Shown here: positions 50,301 through 61,259 of the stretch, one piece after another
How positions within the stretch are numbered: position 1 is the stretch's first letter
How the letters are laid out: every line of letters starts with the position of its first letter
Source: Eledone cirrhosa
Taxonomy: Eukaryota
Direction: 5' to 3'
Assembly (NCBI GenBank): GCA_964016885.1
Contig: OZ024763.1
Span: forward strand, 17,980,001-18,044,000
DNA length: 64,000 bases
Translations under genes and position numbers: made by a program
Notes under the pieces: model-generated
Database searches by the model: none
The model's input: only the letters and a program-made list of their open reading frames with translations
Told to the model about the DNA's origin: nothing

Positions 50301-50665
50301 AAACTGTGTCTGAGAGGGATAGAATGTAGTGTACGGGAGAGGAGACTGAGGTGGTATGGACATGTGATGCGCATGGAGGATGACCGATGGGTGAAGAAGT
50401 GCCAGGAAATGCCAGTTGAAGGAAGACGTAGTAGAGGTAGACCACGAAAAACATGGGCGGAGGTGGTGAGAACAGACCTCAGATCATTGAAGCTCACGGT
50501 GGAGATGACGAGGGACCGTGACGAGTGGAGAGATGCTGTGCTGAATAAGACCCGTCCCACCCTTGCAAGCAGGGAAAAGCGGACGTAAAATGATAATGAT
50601 GATGATGAATGATGATATATGTCCCACCCTTGCAAGCAGTGAAAAGCGCACGTAAAATGATGATG
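47325..50665 (+). mobile_element. Near full-length RTE LINE with structured 5' UTR, 3' stem-loop and (ATG)n tail; 3' end tandemly duplicated (50621..50665)
   Basis: About 147-nt 5' UTR with hairpins ending in GTTAGGAAGGGCATCCA. 3' CGTCCCACCCTTGCAAGCAGGGAAAAGCGGACG then (ATG)n. No clear TSD found. Confidence 0.92.
47472..50588 (+). CDS. RTE-clade LINE ORF: APE endonuclease + reverse transcriptase with internal PHD finger, 1038 aa, uninterrupted
   Basis: APE motifs TLNVGTL, CVQE, SVYAPQ, GDFNGHVG, QIDF, QHRLV. RT motifs KAAGPSG, NYRGIKL, QFGF, FVDLEKAFD, GVHQGSVLSPLLF, LYADD, FRYLG. RTE C-terminus RRLRWYGHV...GRRSRGRPRKTW. Confidence 0.97.
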   Translation: MPKSLSAQQQNSIEKNMKTSHLRVATLNVGTLRGRSAEIAEMLERRQVDVCCVQEVRWRGASARLVVGKRLSYKLFWVGKDDGLGGVGIFLAEKWINKTIEVVRVSNRIIKLRLVVGRRLLTIISVYAPQAGLGKDEKDCFYEQLLQTTTMTEDGDIVMLAGDFNGHVGQLQDGYTGVHGGHGYGSRNEEGVRLLEFCDASTLTICNTNFQKPANHLITYKSGEHISQIDFLLVRQRDRQIVSNTKAYPGEECTPQHRLVVSDISVSKRWNEPYRKVWRRKVWKLKDLSLKFKFRKALQDVYDEKEDDLETYDIDNNWKFLRDNLLKATDETCGWSRAPTRQRVTWWWNSSVDKAIRDKRLAWKAWNKGGSREEYTATKREARRQVYLARREAESRRFANVLRREDQRRAVFHIARQCVNANQDVVGDKCVRDDAGVLSVTNDQKKEAWKCHYERLMNVENEWEREKLPLVDPTEGPAIEIDEYRVQEAIREMKNGKAAGPSGIVAEMLKASGDVGTKLVARIINQAIYGGVIPKDWCSSILINCYKGKGDALERSNYRGIKLIDQVMKVAERILAQLIRERVKLDEMQFGFVPGKSTTDALFLVRQMQERFLEKNKPLYLAFVDLEKAFDRVPRSVIWWSLRKLGVEEWLVRTVQTLYRGTLSKVRVGMEFSEEFQIQVGVHQGSVLSPLLFIIVLQAITEEFKTGCPWELLYADDLALMAESVEELENKFRLWKQQLEARGLRVNLAKTKVLMSRKEDKTLIPSGKWPCSICRKGTGINSIKCTQCRSWVHKRCSGIAGKLTGREKYVCSRCTGKLDSRSRTDRHIFQMREGAIEVVDSFRYLGDQISMGGGCSEAIVSRIRTGWKKFRELLPLLTKKGFSLHTKGRLYDACVRSAMLHGSETWAATAEDMRRLERNEASMLRWMCSVNVRERPSINVLREKLCLRGIECSVRERRLRWYGHVMRMEDDRWVKKCQEMPVEGRRSRGRPRKTWAEVVRTDLRSLKLTVEMTRDRDEWRDAVLNKTRPTLASREKRT

Positions 50666-50687
50666 TATGTATACAGGGTGCCCCAAA

Positions 50688-50865
50688 TAATTGTTTCTCC
50701 TTTTGGCACAAGGCCAGCAATTACCCCAGTGCATTACTGGTACTTTATTTTATCGACCCCGTAAGGATGAAAGGCAAAGTTAACCTCGGCGGGATTTGAA
50801 CTCAGAATGACAAGGGCCGTAACTCTATGCGTCAAAGCATGGCGTCCAACCCTCTACCGATACCG
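50688..50865 (-). mobile_element. Meta-domain-like SINE nested in a Tc1/mariner MITE (50673..50948)
   Basis: SINE flanked by cagggtgccccaaa on the left and ttttgggggacaccct on the right. Confidence 0.75.
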
Positions 50866-51419
50866 CCCCCCCCCCCCCCCCCAAAAAAAAATATACACAC
50901 TTTGATCAGAATGCTGTTTAAGTGTGTATACATTTTGGGGGACACCCTCTCTATGTGTATCTAACGAAATCTTGACACTTTTTTCTGTCGGCCGGCCACA
51001 CACTACCACCTTAAGACTGACCTTCGACCTCAGATCGACAAACTTAGATAATGTTCTCTTCTAAGAGACTCAGGATGTCTGAAAAAAAGACAGTTCGTAC
51101 TGGGCATCATAGGCGCAGGCCCAGCCGGAAGGGTTAGACCCAGCTAACTGGCCTGACCCCTCTTATAGCAGTGCAATCCACTCATTTCCAGGCTTCCAAA
51201 CTATGGTGCTGCTATGAGAGCAGTTTGACACAGCAAACTAGCATGTCCCTCCTCATAGCGGTATCACCCAGTTCCACACTGTAAGCGTGGTCGTGGCCCT
51301 CAAACTGTGGTTCCACTTTGAGAAGGATTCAGTGCAGCTAACTGGTCTGTCCCCCTCCCTCATGGTTCCACTGGGAGAAGGGTTCGGCGCGGCCAACTGG
51401 CCCGTCATATATGTATTTA

Positions 51420-51740
51420 TATCATCATTTTATGTCCGCTTTTCCCTGCTTGCAAGGGTGGGAAGGGAACTGATTCTGACTTGATTTCTACAGCTGGATG
51501 CCCTTCCTAACACCAACCTCATTTACAGTGTGGGCTGGGTGCTTTTTTTGCCGTGGCACCTCCACAACCACTTTGCAGTGGAATGATAGGGACCCCAGTC
51601 CCTATCATCTCATTTCTACAGCTGAGTAAACTGGAGCAATGTGAAATAAAGTGTCTTGCTCAAAGAAACAACACATCACCTGGCCTGAGAATTGAACTCA
51701 CAACCTTTCAATTGCAAGGCCAATGCTCTAACCACTAAGC
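51420..51740 (-). mobile_element. tRNA-CORE-RTE bipartite SINE
   Basis: Same family. Confidence 0.88.
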
Positions 51741-52540
51741 ATACACACGATTCTTTCACTGTATAAGCTCAATGTCATAGTGCCCCAAATCATATATATG
51801 ACCATTTATTATCTTAGAAGTGACCCTGACATGTGTAAATATGTTGTCGTATTTGTGTCCGAAAGGTTTCATATCATAAACAATAACCTCGACTGTATGC
51901 CTGTCTGATATTCAACTCAAACTGGAAATACACACAAAAGGTGGTTGTACTTGTTTGACAAGTAACTGGATTTCACAAACAATTGATTACATTGTGGAAA
52001 AGTAATTTAGCCATTAGGTGGATGTGTGAGAGAGAGAGAGAGAATATGTTAAATTTACTTTACAGTTTGTGCCTGAACTACTACTTCCTTTTAGTACCAT
52101 CTTACTGGGCATCAAGGCCTTTCATGTTCTTGGTCTCCATCAAGGCCTCTCGCATCCTTGGGCATGTAGGTGCCACGACAAAATGCACCAACCACATTTA
52201 CAGCACACACTTTAAATGTGGTTGGCTGGCATTAGGAAGGGTATCCAGCTGTAGAAACCAAACCCAAATCAGCCCTGCTTGAGCAAGCAAAACACGGCCC
52301 TCTGACTAGATCTCTCACAGAGGGACAACCCATCCTACCCATGCTAGTGTGGAAGGTGGACGTTAAACGATGATGATGATGATATATATATATAATTAAT
52401 TAGAAATTGAACAACACAAATATAACTACTCCATTACCAAAGGTTTCTTCTTTTCTTATATTTCCTGTTATTTTTCCAGCCTTACTTCCACAATTTTTAA
52501 CAGATTTTGAATCAAATTTCATATCTTTTATCTATAACAT

Positions 52541-52608
52541 CTTTGTCTGACGAACGATCCAGACATATATTATTATTGTCTGTGATCCAGAAACCTTTGG
52601 TAAAGGAG
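52541..52608 (+). ncRNA. Degenerate hammerhead motif (same family as 24114..24184)
   Basis: CTTTGT-CTGACGA-ACGATCCAGACA..TGTCTGTGATCCA-GAAA-CCTTTGG-TA^AAGGAG. Closing pair of stem II and one stem-I pair are broken. Confidence 0.5.
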
Positions 52609-52779
52609 TAGTTATATTTTGTGTTGTTCACTCTCTGATTAAATAGCTCTGTTCTATACATAGAGCACTCTATTTACCTTTGCTTTTCCTTCGGAATTAC
52701 CTAAAACATATATGTATATATACACACACACGCACGCACACACATTCAAGAATATTTGAAACAATTTATGCACTCATCA

Positions 52780-53122
52780 CATCATCATCATCATCGTCGT
52801 TTTACGTCCGCTTTTCCCTGCTTGCAAGGGTGGGACGGGTACTGATTCTGGCTTGATTTCTACAGCTGGATGCCCTTCCTAACACCAACCTCATCTACAA
52901 TGAGTGCTGGGTGCTTTTTTGCCGTGGCACCTCCACGACCACTTTGCAGTGGAATGATAGGGACCCCAGTCCCTATCATCTCATTTCTACAGCTGAGTAA
53001 ACTGGAGCAATGTGAAATAAAGTGTCTTGCTCAAGGAAACAACACATCAGCCGGTCTGAGAATTGAACTCACAACCTTTCAATTGCAAGCCCAATGCTCT
53101 AACCACTAAGCCATGTGCCTCC
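52780..53122 (-). mobile_element. tRNA-CORE-RTE bipartite SINE
   Basis: Same family. Head lies ~40 bp upstream of the VPS37 acceptor. Confidence 0.9.
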
Positions 53123-53166
53123 ATATGTATTATTAAAATTTTCAATTTCCTTTTTTATTTTCCAGT

Positions 53167-53210
<44 letters not shown>

Positions 53211-53215
53211 GTATA

Positions 53216-53461
53216 ATGAACTATACAAATTATAGCCAGCCCAGTTACGGGACTTTGTGTGATGTGAAGCCTCCTGCAGGGTCCCATGGTACAACACATG
53301 AACCCTACCGCACTTCAACTCTGACCTCCAACAAATCCCTGCGTCTGATTCCAGATGAAAACGAGGCGTTTGCTGTGATCCACTCGATGGAGAATGATGA
53401 CCTGAATCTGATGTTAAGAGACAGCAGCAGGGTGGACACCTTTATTGAGTCCCTGACACAG
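53216..53461 (+). CDS. VPS37B: VPS37B/C-like ESCRT-I subunit (Mod(r) domain), first coding exon
   Basis: Acceptor ttttattttccag ending at 53165, ATG at 53216, CAG|gtaagg donor. ...MENDDLNLMLRDSSRVDTFIESLTQ resembles VPS37B LSLVQLNELLEDEGQLTEMVQKME. Confidence 0.8.
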
Positions 53462-54624
53462 GTAAGGTGTATGGTAGGGGAAACACACATATACACACAC
53501 ACACGCGCACACACACACACACTTGCATAAATGTACAGGTGAACAGGTATACATGCACACATATACAAACATATACACACACACTTGCATATATATATAT
53601 ATATATATATTAGAAAGATCGAGTATCGAAAAATCGGCGCACGAGTTCACGATAAACAAAATTCGAAATGAGCGGCAGAGGGCTCAATAATTCAGATGAA
53701 TCAGAGCTATAACTATCGTTAAAATACCGTCACATATAGAACAAGTCTACAATCAACCATACGATAAAAAATCGAAAATAGAAGAATCGGGACAAACAGA
53801 TAAAAAATATCAATAAAACAATACATCAATAATTTAAATGAATGTAAAATCATACCCGGACCCACTAGAAAGGTGTTAAATCTAGCTTCATGGGTTTCTG
53901 TAAATCCTTAGACTGTACTCTATCAGCTCACATATAAATATAAAAGCCTACTAGAGTAAGCGGAACGGAGTTTACTTTTTCAACGAGCTTTTTTCCTAGC
54001 GGAAAAGGGGCTAACTACGAGTGAAAAACGCACATGGCATTAGACAAGGGAGATAACCTCTATATCCGCGAAAACAATTCGAGGGAATGTGGAAATACAC
54101 ATATCGAATAAGAGTGCTCAATAGACATGTTAAAATAAAACAAAAGCTATTCATCACTCAATAGAATCGACAAAAAATGAGCAATAAAATTAACTGGTGG
54201 ATAGCTATGTCCAGAGCTAAAAATATTAGAAAGATCGAGTATCGAAAAATCGGCGCACGAGTTCACGATAAACAAAATTCGAAATGAGCGGCAGAGGGCT
54301 CAATAATTCAGATGAATCAGAGCTATAACTATCGTTAAAATACCGTCACATATAGAACAAGTCTACAATCAACCATACGATAAAAAATCGAAAATAGAAG
54401 GCTAAGGGGTCATCTCTCCCGGTGATTTTGGATGGCCATTGACTCTTCAGAGCTCCTTTGCCCTTTGACAGGTTTTGTTTTTAGTCCTGCAGGATGTCCA
54501 AAGTCACCCTCCTCACCGAGAAACCTTCTCACCAAGAAACCTGCTCACATACCCACATATATACATACAATTTAATCAACTTTCCCCTCCTAAAATATCA
54601 TTGGGCTTATGGCTAAACAGAAAC

Positions 54625-55230
54625 TGGCGGTGGATTGGCAGTATTGGTAGACGGTCAGACACCATGCTTTGCAGCATAGAGTTGCGTCCCTTTACGGTCT
54701 GAGTTCAAATCCCGCCGAGGTTAACTTTGCCTTTCATCCTTATGGGGTCGATAAAATAAAGTACCAGTAATGCACTGTGGGTAATTGCTGGCCTTGTGTC
54801 AAAAGTAGAAACAATTATTATTGTTATTAATATTATCATAACTCTATACTGTAAAGTCAGACACCATGCTTTACAGCATAGAGTTATGGCCCTTTACGTT
54901 CTGGGTTCAAATCCCATCAAGGTTAACTTTGCCTTTCATCCTTACTACGGGGTTGATAAAATAAAGTACAGTAATACACTGAGGTAATTGCTGGACTTGT
55001 GCCAAATGTATAGACATTATTATTATTGCGATTTAATCGACTTTCCCCTCCTTCCAAACTTGTTGGCCTTGTACTTAAATCAGAAACAATTTTTATTATT
55101 ATTGAGTCCAAATCCCGTCGAGGTTAACTTTGCCTCTCATCCTTACGGGGGTCGATAAAATAAAGTACCTGTAATACACTGGGTATTTGCTGTCCGTGTG
55201 CCTAAAGTAGAAACAATTATTATTATTATT
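54625..55230 (+). mobile_element. Tandem Meta-domain-like SINEs
   Basis: Three partial or complete copies ending agtagaaacaattattatt. Confidence 0.78.
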
Positions 55231-55247
55231 TTTATTTGGTTTTCTAG

Positions 55248-55419
55248 GTGAAAAACATTCAGCAGGAACGTGACGTGATGTTAGCCAGTAACAAAAGCTT
55301 GGCTGAATATAACCTGGGTATCAGACCAAAATTTGAAGAATTAAAGCAGTTGATTGCATCCAAATATGCTCAGATTTTTGAGTTGAAAACCACCCTTGCA
55401 GAAGAAATGGGTAGTTTAG
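55248..55419 (+). CDS. VPS37B: VPS37B/C-like coding exon 2
   Basis: gttttctag acceptor, G|gtatgt donor. VKNIQQERDVMLASNKSLAEYNLGIRPKFEELK vs VPS37B QNVQLNKEMTLASNRSLAEGNLLYQPQLDTLK. Confidence 0.92.
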
Positions 55420-56309
55420 GTATGTATATTATATATAGTATATATATATATAAATTAGTAAAAATAATGAATAAAAACAAAGAAACAGTTCCTTATATTA
55501 AAAAATTCATCATTTTACGATCGTTTCTAGGATATATATGTGTGTTGGTATGTATATCATATAGATCTACAGTATATATATATATATATTTATTAAAATA
55601 ACAGATTAAAGTTTAAGCAAAGAATCGCTGCTTTCACCCTTAACGGGATCTGAAAGTAGAAAAATCAATCTGTGAACGCAGATGTAAATATTTCGAGAAA
55701 CGTTGCAACCGAAGGAAAACAGGAAGATGATAGTTTGGTTCGTGAAGACGTTCCCTGGCAATGAACGGAAAAAAGCGAAGATAATACGTCTTCATGTGGA
55801 GCGATGGGAACAATTACATGCAAAGAGAAAACCAGGTTTATAGTATAAATGTAGTCGTAGGCTAATATTCTATTTAGGAAACCGAATGTTATTTCTGTTT
55901 ACCTTTTACACACACATATATATATATATGTAAAAGTGGTTGGTGTTAGGAAGGGCATCCAGCCGTAAAAAACCCGCCAGACAGTCCTATGCGAGCAAGA
56001 CAACCACCCTTGCCTCAAGTGGGAAAATTCCCGTCCAAACTCATGCGAGCGTGGAATATGGACGTTAAATGATGATGATGATGATGATATATATATATAT
56101 GTAAAAGGTAAACAGAATCGGTTCAGTATCAGGAAGGGATCATCATCATCATCATCACCATTTTACGCCCATTCTCCCACACTAGCATGGGTTAGACAGG
56201 TTGTCCTGTTGTGGACAATGTCAGGTCAGGTGATCATCTCTTGCTCATACAGAACTGATTCTGGCTTGATTTCTACAGTTGGATGCCCTTCCTAACACCA
56301 ACCTCGTTT

Positions 56310-57070
56310 ACAGTGAGTGCTGGGTGCTTTTTTACTGTGGCGCCTTACACGTCCACTTTACAGTGTGGGCTGGGTGATTTTTGTCATGGCACCTCCACAA
56401 CCACTACAGTGTGGGCTGGGGGAATCTTGTCATGACACCTACACAACCACTGTACAGTGTGGACTGGGTGATTTTTGTCATGGCACCTACACAACCACTA
56501 CAGTGTGGGCTGGGTGATTTTTGTCATGGCACCTACACAACCACTGTACAGTGTGGGCTGGGGGAATTTTGTCATGGCACCTACACAACCACTGTACAGT
56601 GTGGGCTGGGGGAATTTTGTCATGGCACCTACACAACCACTGTACAGTGTGGGCTGGGTGATTTTTGTCATGGCACCTACACAACCACTGTACAGTGTGG
56701 GCTGGGTGATTTTTGTCATGACACCTACACAACCACTACAGTGTGGGCTGGGTGATTTTTGTCATGACACCTACACAACCACTACAGTGTGGGCTGGGTG
56801 ATTTTTGTCATGGCACCTACACAACCACTACAGTGTGGGCTGGGTGATTTTTGTCATGGCACCTACACAACCACTACAGTGTGGGCTGGGTGATTTTTGT
56901 CATGGCACCTACACAACCACTACAGTGTGGGCTGGGTGATTTTTGTCATGGCACCTACACAACCACTACAGTGTGGGCTGGGTGATTTTTGTCATGGCAC
57001 CTACACAACCACTGTACAGTGTGGGCTGGGGGAATTTTGTCATGGCACCTCCACAACCACTTTGCAGTGG
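56310..57070 (+). repeat. Array of the 46/48-bp family inside a headless RTE derivative (56140..57200)
   Basis: cagtgtgggctgggtgatttttgtcatggcacctacacaaccactgta repeats. Confidence 0.9.
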
Positions 57071-57209
57071 GAGGTGTGGTGGCATACTGTTTATATGCTT
57101 TAGTTTCGGCTTGTACCCGTGGGAAGTCAGGCCTTCTGTATTACTTCGTAACACCAGAGGTCTTGGTCCTGTGTCGCCTTTGAGAGGTGCAATTGGAATA
57201 TTTTAGTTT

Positions 57210-57660
57210 AACATCACTCCACCATCACCCCCCTTCCAACCATCATCACACCCCCTCCAATCACCACCACCACAACCTACCCCCTCCAATCATCTCAACC
57301 ACCATCACCGCCTCCTAATAACCACTCCACCACCTCCTAATAGCCGCCATCTCCCACTCTAATCATCACAACCACCACCACCATCACACACCCCTCCAAC
57401 CACCACTACCATCACCCCCCTCCAACCACCACCATCACACCCCTCCATCCACCACCACCATCACCTCCCCCTCCAACCACCACCACCACCACCATCACCT
57501 CCCCCCTCCAACCACCACCGCCACCATCACCCCCCAACCACACCAACACCACCCTCCAACCACCACCACGACCACAAAAACCTCCCCCCCCCACCTCTCT
57601 CCAACCACCACCATCACCCCCCAACCACACTATCACCTCCAACCACCACCACCACCATCT
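57210..57660. repeat. C-rich (CCA/CCCCTCCA) low-complexity tract
   Basis: Extreme C/A skew with many C3-C8 runs. Confidence 0.9.
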
Positions 57661-57685
57661 ATATATGTTGTCCCTCTATTTCCAG

Positions 57686-57768
57686 ATGTGGTAGGTGACA
57701 GTCAGTCTTTGGAGACTATATTGGCTCTCTTACAGGCAGATGCAGCAACTTCAGAGGAGAATTCAGAG
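57686..57768 (+). CDS. VPS37B: VPS37B/C-like coding exon 3
   Basis: ctatttccag acceptor, GAG|gtaagg donor. SLETILALLQADAATSEENSE vs SLETLLALLQAEGAKIEEDTE. Confidence 0.92.
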
Positions 57769-57959
57769 GTAAGGGGTCACACCCAGCCCCCTTTTGGTTC
57801 TTGTTCTTTTTCTAATTTTCTTTGTCTTTCATTCATTCTTTCAAATTTTGATGTCATCTCCTTCCTTCCTTCCTTCCTTCCTTCTCCCCCTCCGCTTTCA
57901 TCTGTCTTCTTTTTCTTCTCTGTCTACTTCACCTATTTTCTTCTTTTTTACCTTTTTCT

Positions 57960-58288
57960 ACTTCTTTGTTTTCTTCTGCTTCTTCCATCTTCTTCTTTCT
58001 TCACCTTCTTCTTCTGCTTCTTTCTTCACCTTCTTCTTCTGCTTCTTTCTTCACCTTCTTCTTCTGCTTCTATCTTCTTTCTTCACCTTCTTCTTCTGCT
58101 TCTTTCTTCACCTTCTTCTTCTGCTTCTTTCTTCACCTTCTTCTTCTGCTTCTTTCTTCACCTTCTTCTTCTGCTTCTTTCTTCACCTTCTTCTGCTTCT
58201 ATCTTCTTTCTTCACCTTCTTCTGCTTCTATCTTCTTTCTTCACCTTCTTCTGCTTCTTTCTTCACCTTCTTCTGCTTCTTTCTTCAC
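57960..58288. repeat. (CTT)-based polypyrimidine tandem repeat
   Basis: cttcaccttcttcttctgcttcttt units. Confidence 0.9.
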
Positions 58289-59177
58289 GTCCTCTTGTGA
58301 ACGTGACCTGGGCATTACTGTCAGCAACGATTTGCGTTGGACAAAGCATGTCTCTAAGATTGTCAAGAAGGCCGAGGGTGTCTTGGCATCACTCAGCAAG
58401 ACCTTTGTTAGCCGCTCTCCAGCCATCTATTTAAAACTGTATACAGCTATGGTGCGACCACACTTGGAATTCGCATCATCAGTCTGGAACCCCTATCTTG
58501 CTCGGAACATTGACCTCCTGGAAACTGTTCAGAGACGTGCAACCAAGCGCATACCCTCCATCAGACACCTACCATACTCTGAACGCCTTGCTTCCCTGGG
58601 CATGGATTCATTGAAGCTCCGACGTCTGGCAATGGACTTGGTGAATACCCACAAAGTTTTTAACCATCTCGCCAACTGCAACCCTGAGCGCCTCTTTGAT
58701 CTCCATGTGTCTAACACACGTGGACATGCCTACAAGATAAGAAAACAGCACAGCTCCCATGACTTTCGCAGACATTTTTTCACGCTCAGAGTTGCTGAAG
58801 CATGGAACAAACTGCCTGCGTCAATTGTTAGCTGCCGAGACACTGCATCCTTTAAGACACTCATGCTTCCCAAAATACGCCAAAACTACACCTGATGTAC
58901 CCCTTCCATACACATGCACACATGTGTGTATCATGACTCGTGCACTGTTCATTTTACTGATGTTTGTGCATTGCCCTATGTACTGTACATGCACTTTTTT
59001 GATGAGTTGTGGTGCACCTGGGCACTGTGCACAATATTTCGTTATTGCTATTATATCATGACTCATACACTGTTTATTTTCCTGACATTTGTACATTATT
59101 CTATGTACTATACATGCACCTTTGATGAGTTGTAGTGCACCTGAGCACTGTACACAATAATTTCATTATATTATTAT
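58288..59177 (+). mobile_element. CR1-clade LINE 5'-truncated fragment (open ORF2 C-terminus to 58895)
   Basis: ERDLGI, LYTAMVRPHLEFASSVWNP, LETVQRRATK, YSERL, TRGH, FFTLRVAEAWNKLP motifs. Duplicated 3' UTR unit and ATT tail. Confidence 0.92.
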
Positions 59178-59284
59178 TCTTCTTCTGCTTCTTCTATCTT
59201 CTTTCTTCACCTTCTTCTGCTTCTTCTTTCTTCACCTTCTTCTGCTTCTTCTTTCTTCTTCTCCTCCTCCACCTACTCCTCTAT

Positions 59285-59650
59285 CTCTGTTTTTCCCTGC
59301 TTACATGGGTTGGCTGGGTCTATTCCAACACAGCCTCCCTTCCACCTGTTGCATTTCATTGTCATTTCCCCCAAAGAAAGCGCAGTGATTTGAGATCAGC
59401 TCTCACCACTCCAACACCAGCTCACCCTCGTTCTTACCCCTCTTTCGCAGCTTCCTTCCACTGGAGACACTTGGCACTTCTTCACCCAGCAATCATCGTT
59501 CACATGCATCACTTTCCTGCATGCAACATCTAATTCCTCCTGTGTCTAGCCTTTCCCCTTTAACCTCTCTCTGCCTTGTCCTTTCATGCACACTACTAAC
59601 ATCACACATCTATAGGAGCATGCTTCCTTCATTCCTGCCTAGTCCCCAGT
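59285..59650 (-). mobile_element. Degenerate RTE 3' fragment leading into the 105-bp array
   Basis: Reverse similarity to 50215..50580 (gaagcatgctcc, ctgggtgaagaagtgccaag, gtggtgagagctgatctc). Confidence 0.8.
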
Positions 59651-61010
59651 CCTTGCATACCCTCTACATTCACAGCCCACATCTCACTAACAATGTAGCT
59701 TTGCACTCGCACAGATGTCACACAACCTGCTTTGTGTTATGTTCCAATGTTCCACCTTTGCATACCCTCTACATTCACAGCCCACATCTCACTAACAATG
59801 TAGCTTTGCACTCGCACAGATGTCACACAACCTGCTTTGTGTTATGTTCCAATGTTCCACCTTTGCGTACCCTCTACATTCACAGCCCACATCTCACTAA
59901 CAATGTAGCTTTGCACTCGCACAGATGTCACACAACCTGCTTTGTGTTATGTTCCAATGTTCCACCTTTGCATACCCTCTACATTCACAGCCCACATCTC
60001 ACTAACAATGTAGCTTTGCACTCGCACAGATGTCACACAACCTGCTTTGTGTTATGTTCCAATGTTCCACCTTTGCATACCCTCTACATTCACAGCCCAC
60101 ATCTCACTAACAATGTAGCTTTGCACTCGCACAGATGTCACACAACCTGCTTTGTGTTATGTTCCAATGTTCCACCTTTGCATACCCTCTACATTCACAG
60201 CCCACATCTCACTAACAATGTAGCTTTGCACTCGCACAGATGTCACACAACCTGCTTTGTGTTATGTTCCAATGTTCCACCTTTGCATACCCTCTACATT
60301 CACAGCCCACATCTCACTAACAATGTAGCTTTGCACTCGCACAGATGTCACACAACCTGCTTTGTGTTATGTTCCAATGTTCCACCTTTGCATACCCTCT
60401 ACATTCACAGCCCACATCTCACTAACAATGTAGCTTTGCACTCGCACAGATGTCACACAACCTGCTTTGTGTTATGTTCCAATGTTCCACCTTTGCATAC
60501 CCTCTACATTCACAGCCCACATCTCACTAACAATGTAGCTTTGCACTCCTCACACAGATGTCACACAACCTGCTTTGTGTTATGTTCCAATGTTCCACCT
60601 TTGCGTACCCTCTACATTCACAGCCCACATCTCACTAACAATGTAGCTTTGCACTCTCACAGATGTCACACAACCTGCTTTGTGTTATGTTCCAATGTTC
60701 CACCTTTGCGTACCCTCTACATTCACAGCCCACATCTCACTAACAATGTAGCTTTGCACTCTCACAGATGTCACACAACCTGCTTTGTGTTATGTTCCAA
60801 TGTTCCACCTTTGCATACCCTCTACATTCACAGCCCACATCTCACTAACAATGTAGCTTTGCACTCTCACAGATGTCACACAACCTGCTTTGTGTTATGT
60901 TCCAATGTTCCACCTTTGCATACCCTCTACATTCACAGCCCACATCTCACTAACAATGTAGCTTTGCACTCCTCACACAGATATCACACAACATGCTTTG
61001 TGTTATGTTC
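59651..61010. repeat. 105-bp minisatellite, ~13 copies
   Basis: Period 105 (ttgcactcgc at 59701, 59806, ...). Confidence 0.95.
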
Positions 61011-61259
61011 CATCCTTGCATATCCTCTACATTCACTGCTCATATCTCACTTCTCACACAACCCGCTTTGTGTTATGTCCCATCCTTGCATATCCTCTAC
61101 ATTCACTGCCCACACCCATCTCACTATTGATGCAGCTTTGCACTTCTCATGCAGGCATCATACAAAATGTCCTTCTGTCATATTTTTACATGACATGGTT
61201 GAGATGTAAAGTTAGTTATATTACTAACTTCTTCCAAATTCTTGATTATTTTCAAAATT

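Noticed and set aside
57688-58434. Hydrophobic Leu/Phe/Ser-rich ORFs
   Set aside because: Read-through of a VPS37 exon into (CTT) repeats.
59521-61209. 562-aa His/Cys-rich ORF
   Set aside because: Antisense reading of an RTE-derived 105-bp minisatellite inside a VPS37 intron.
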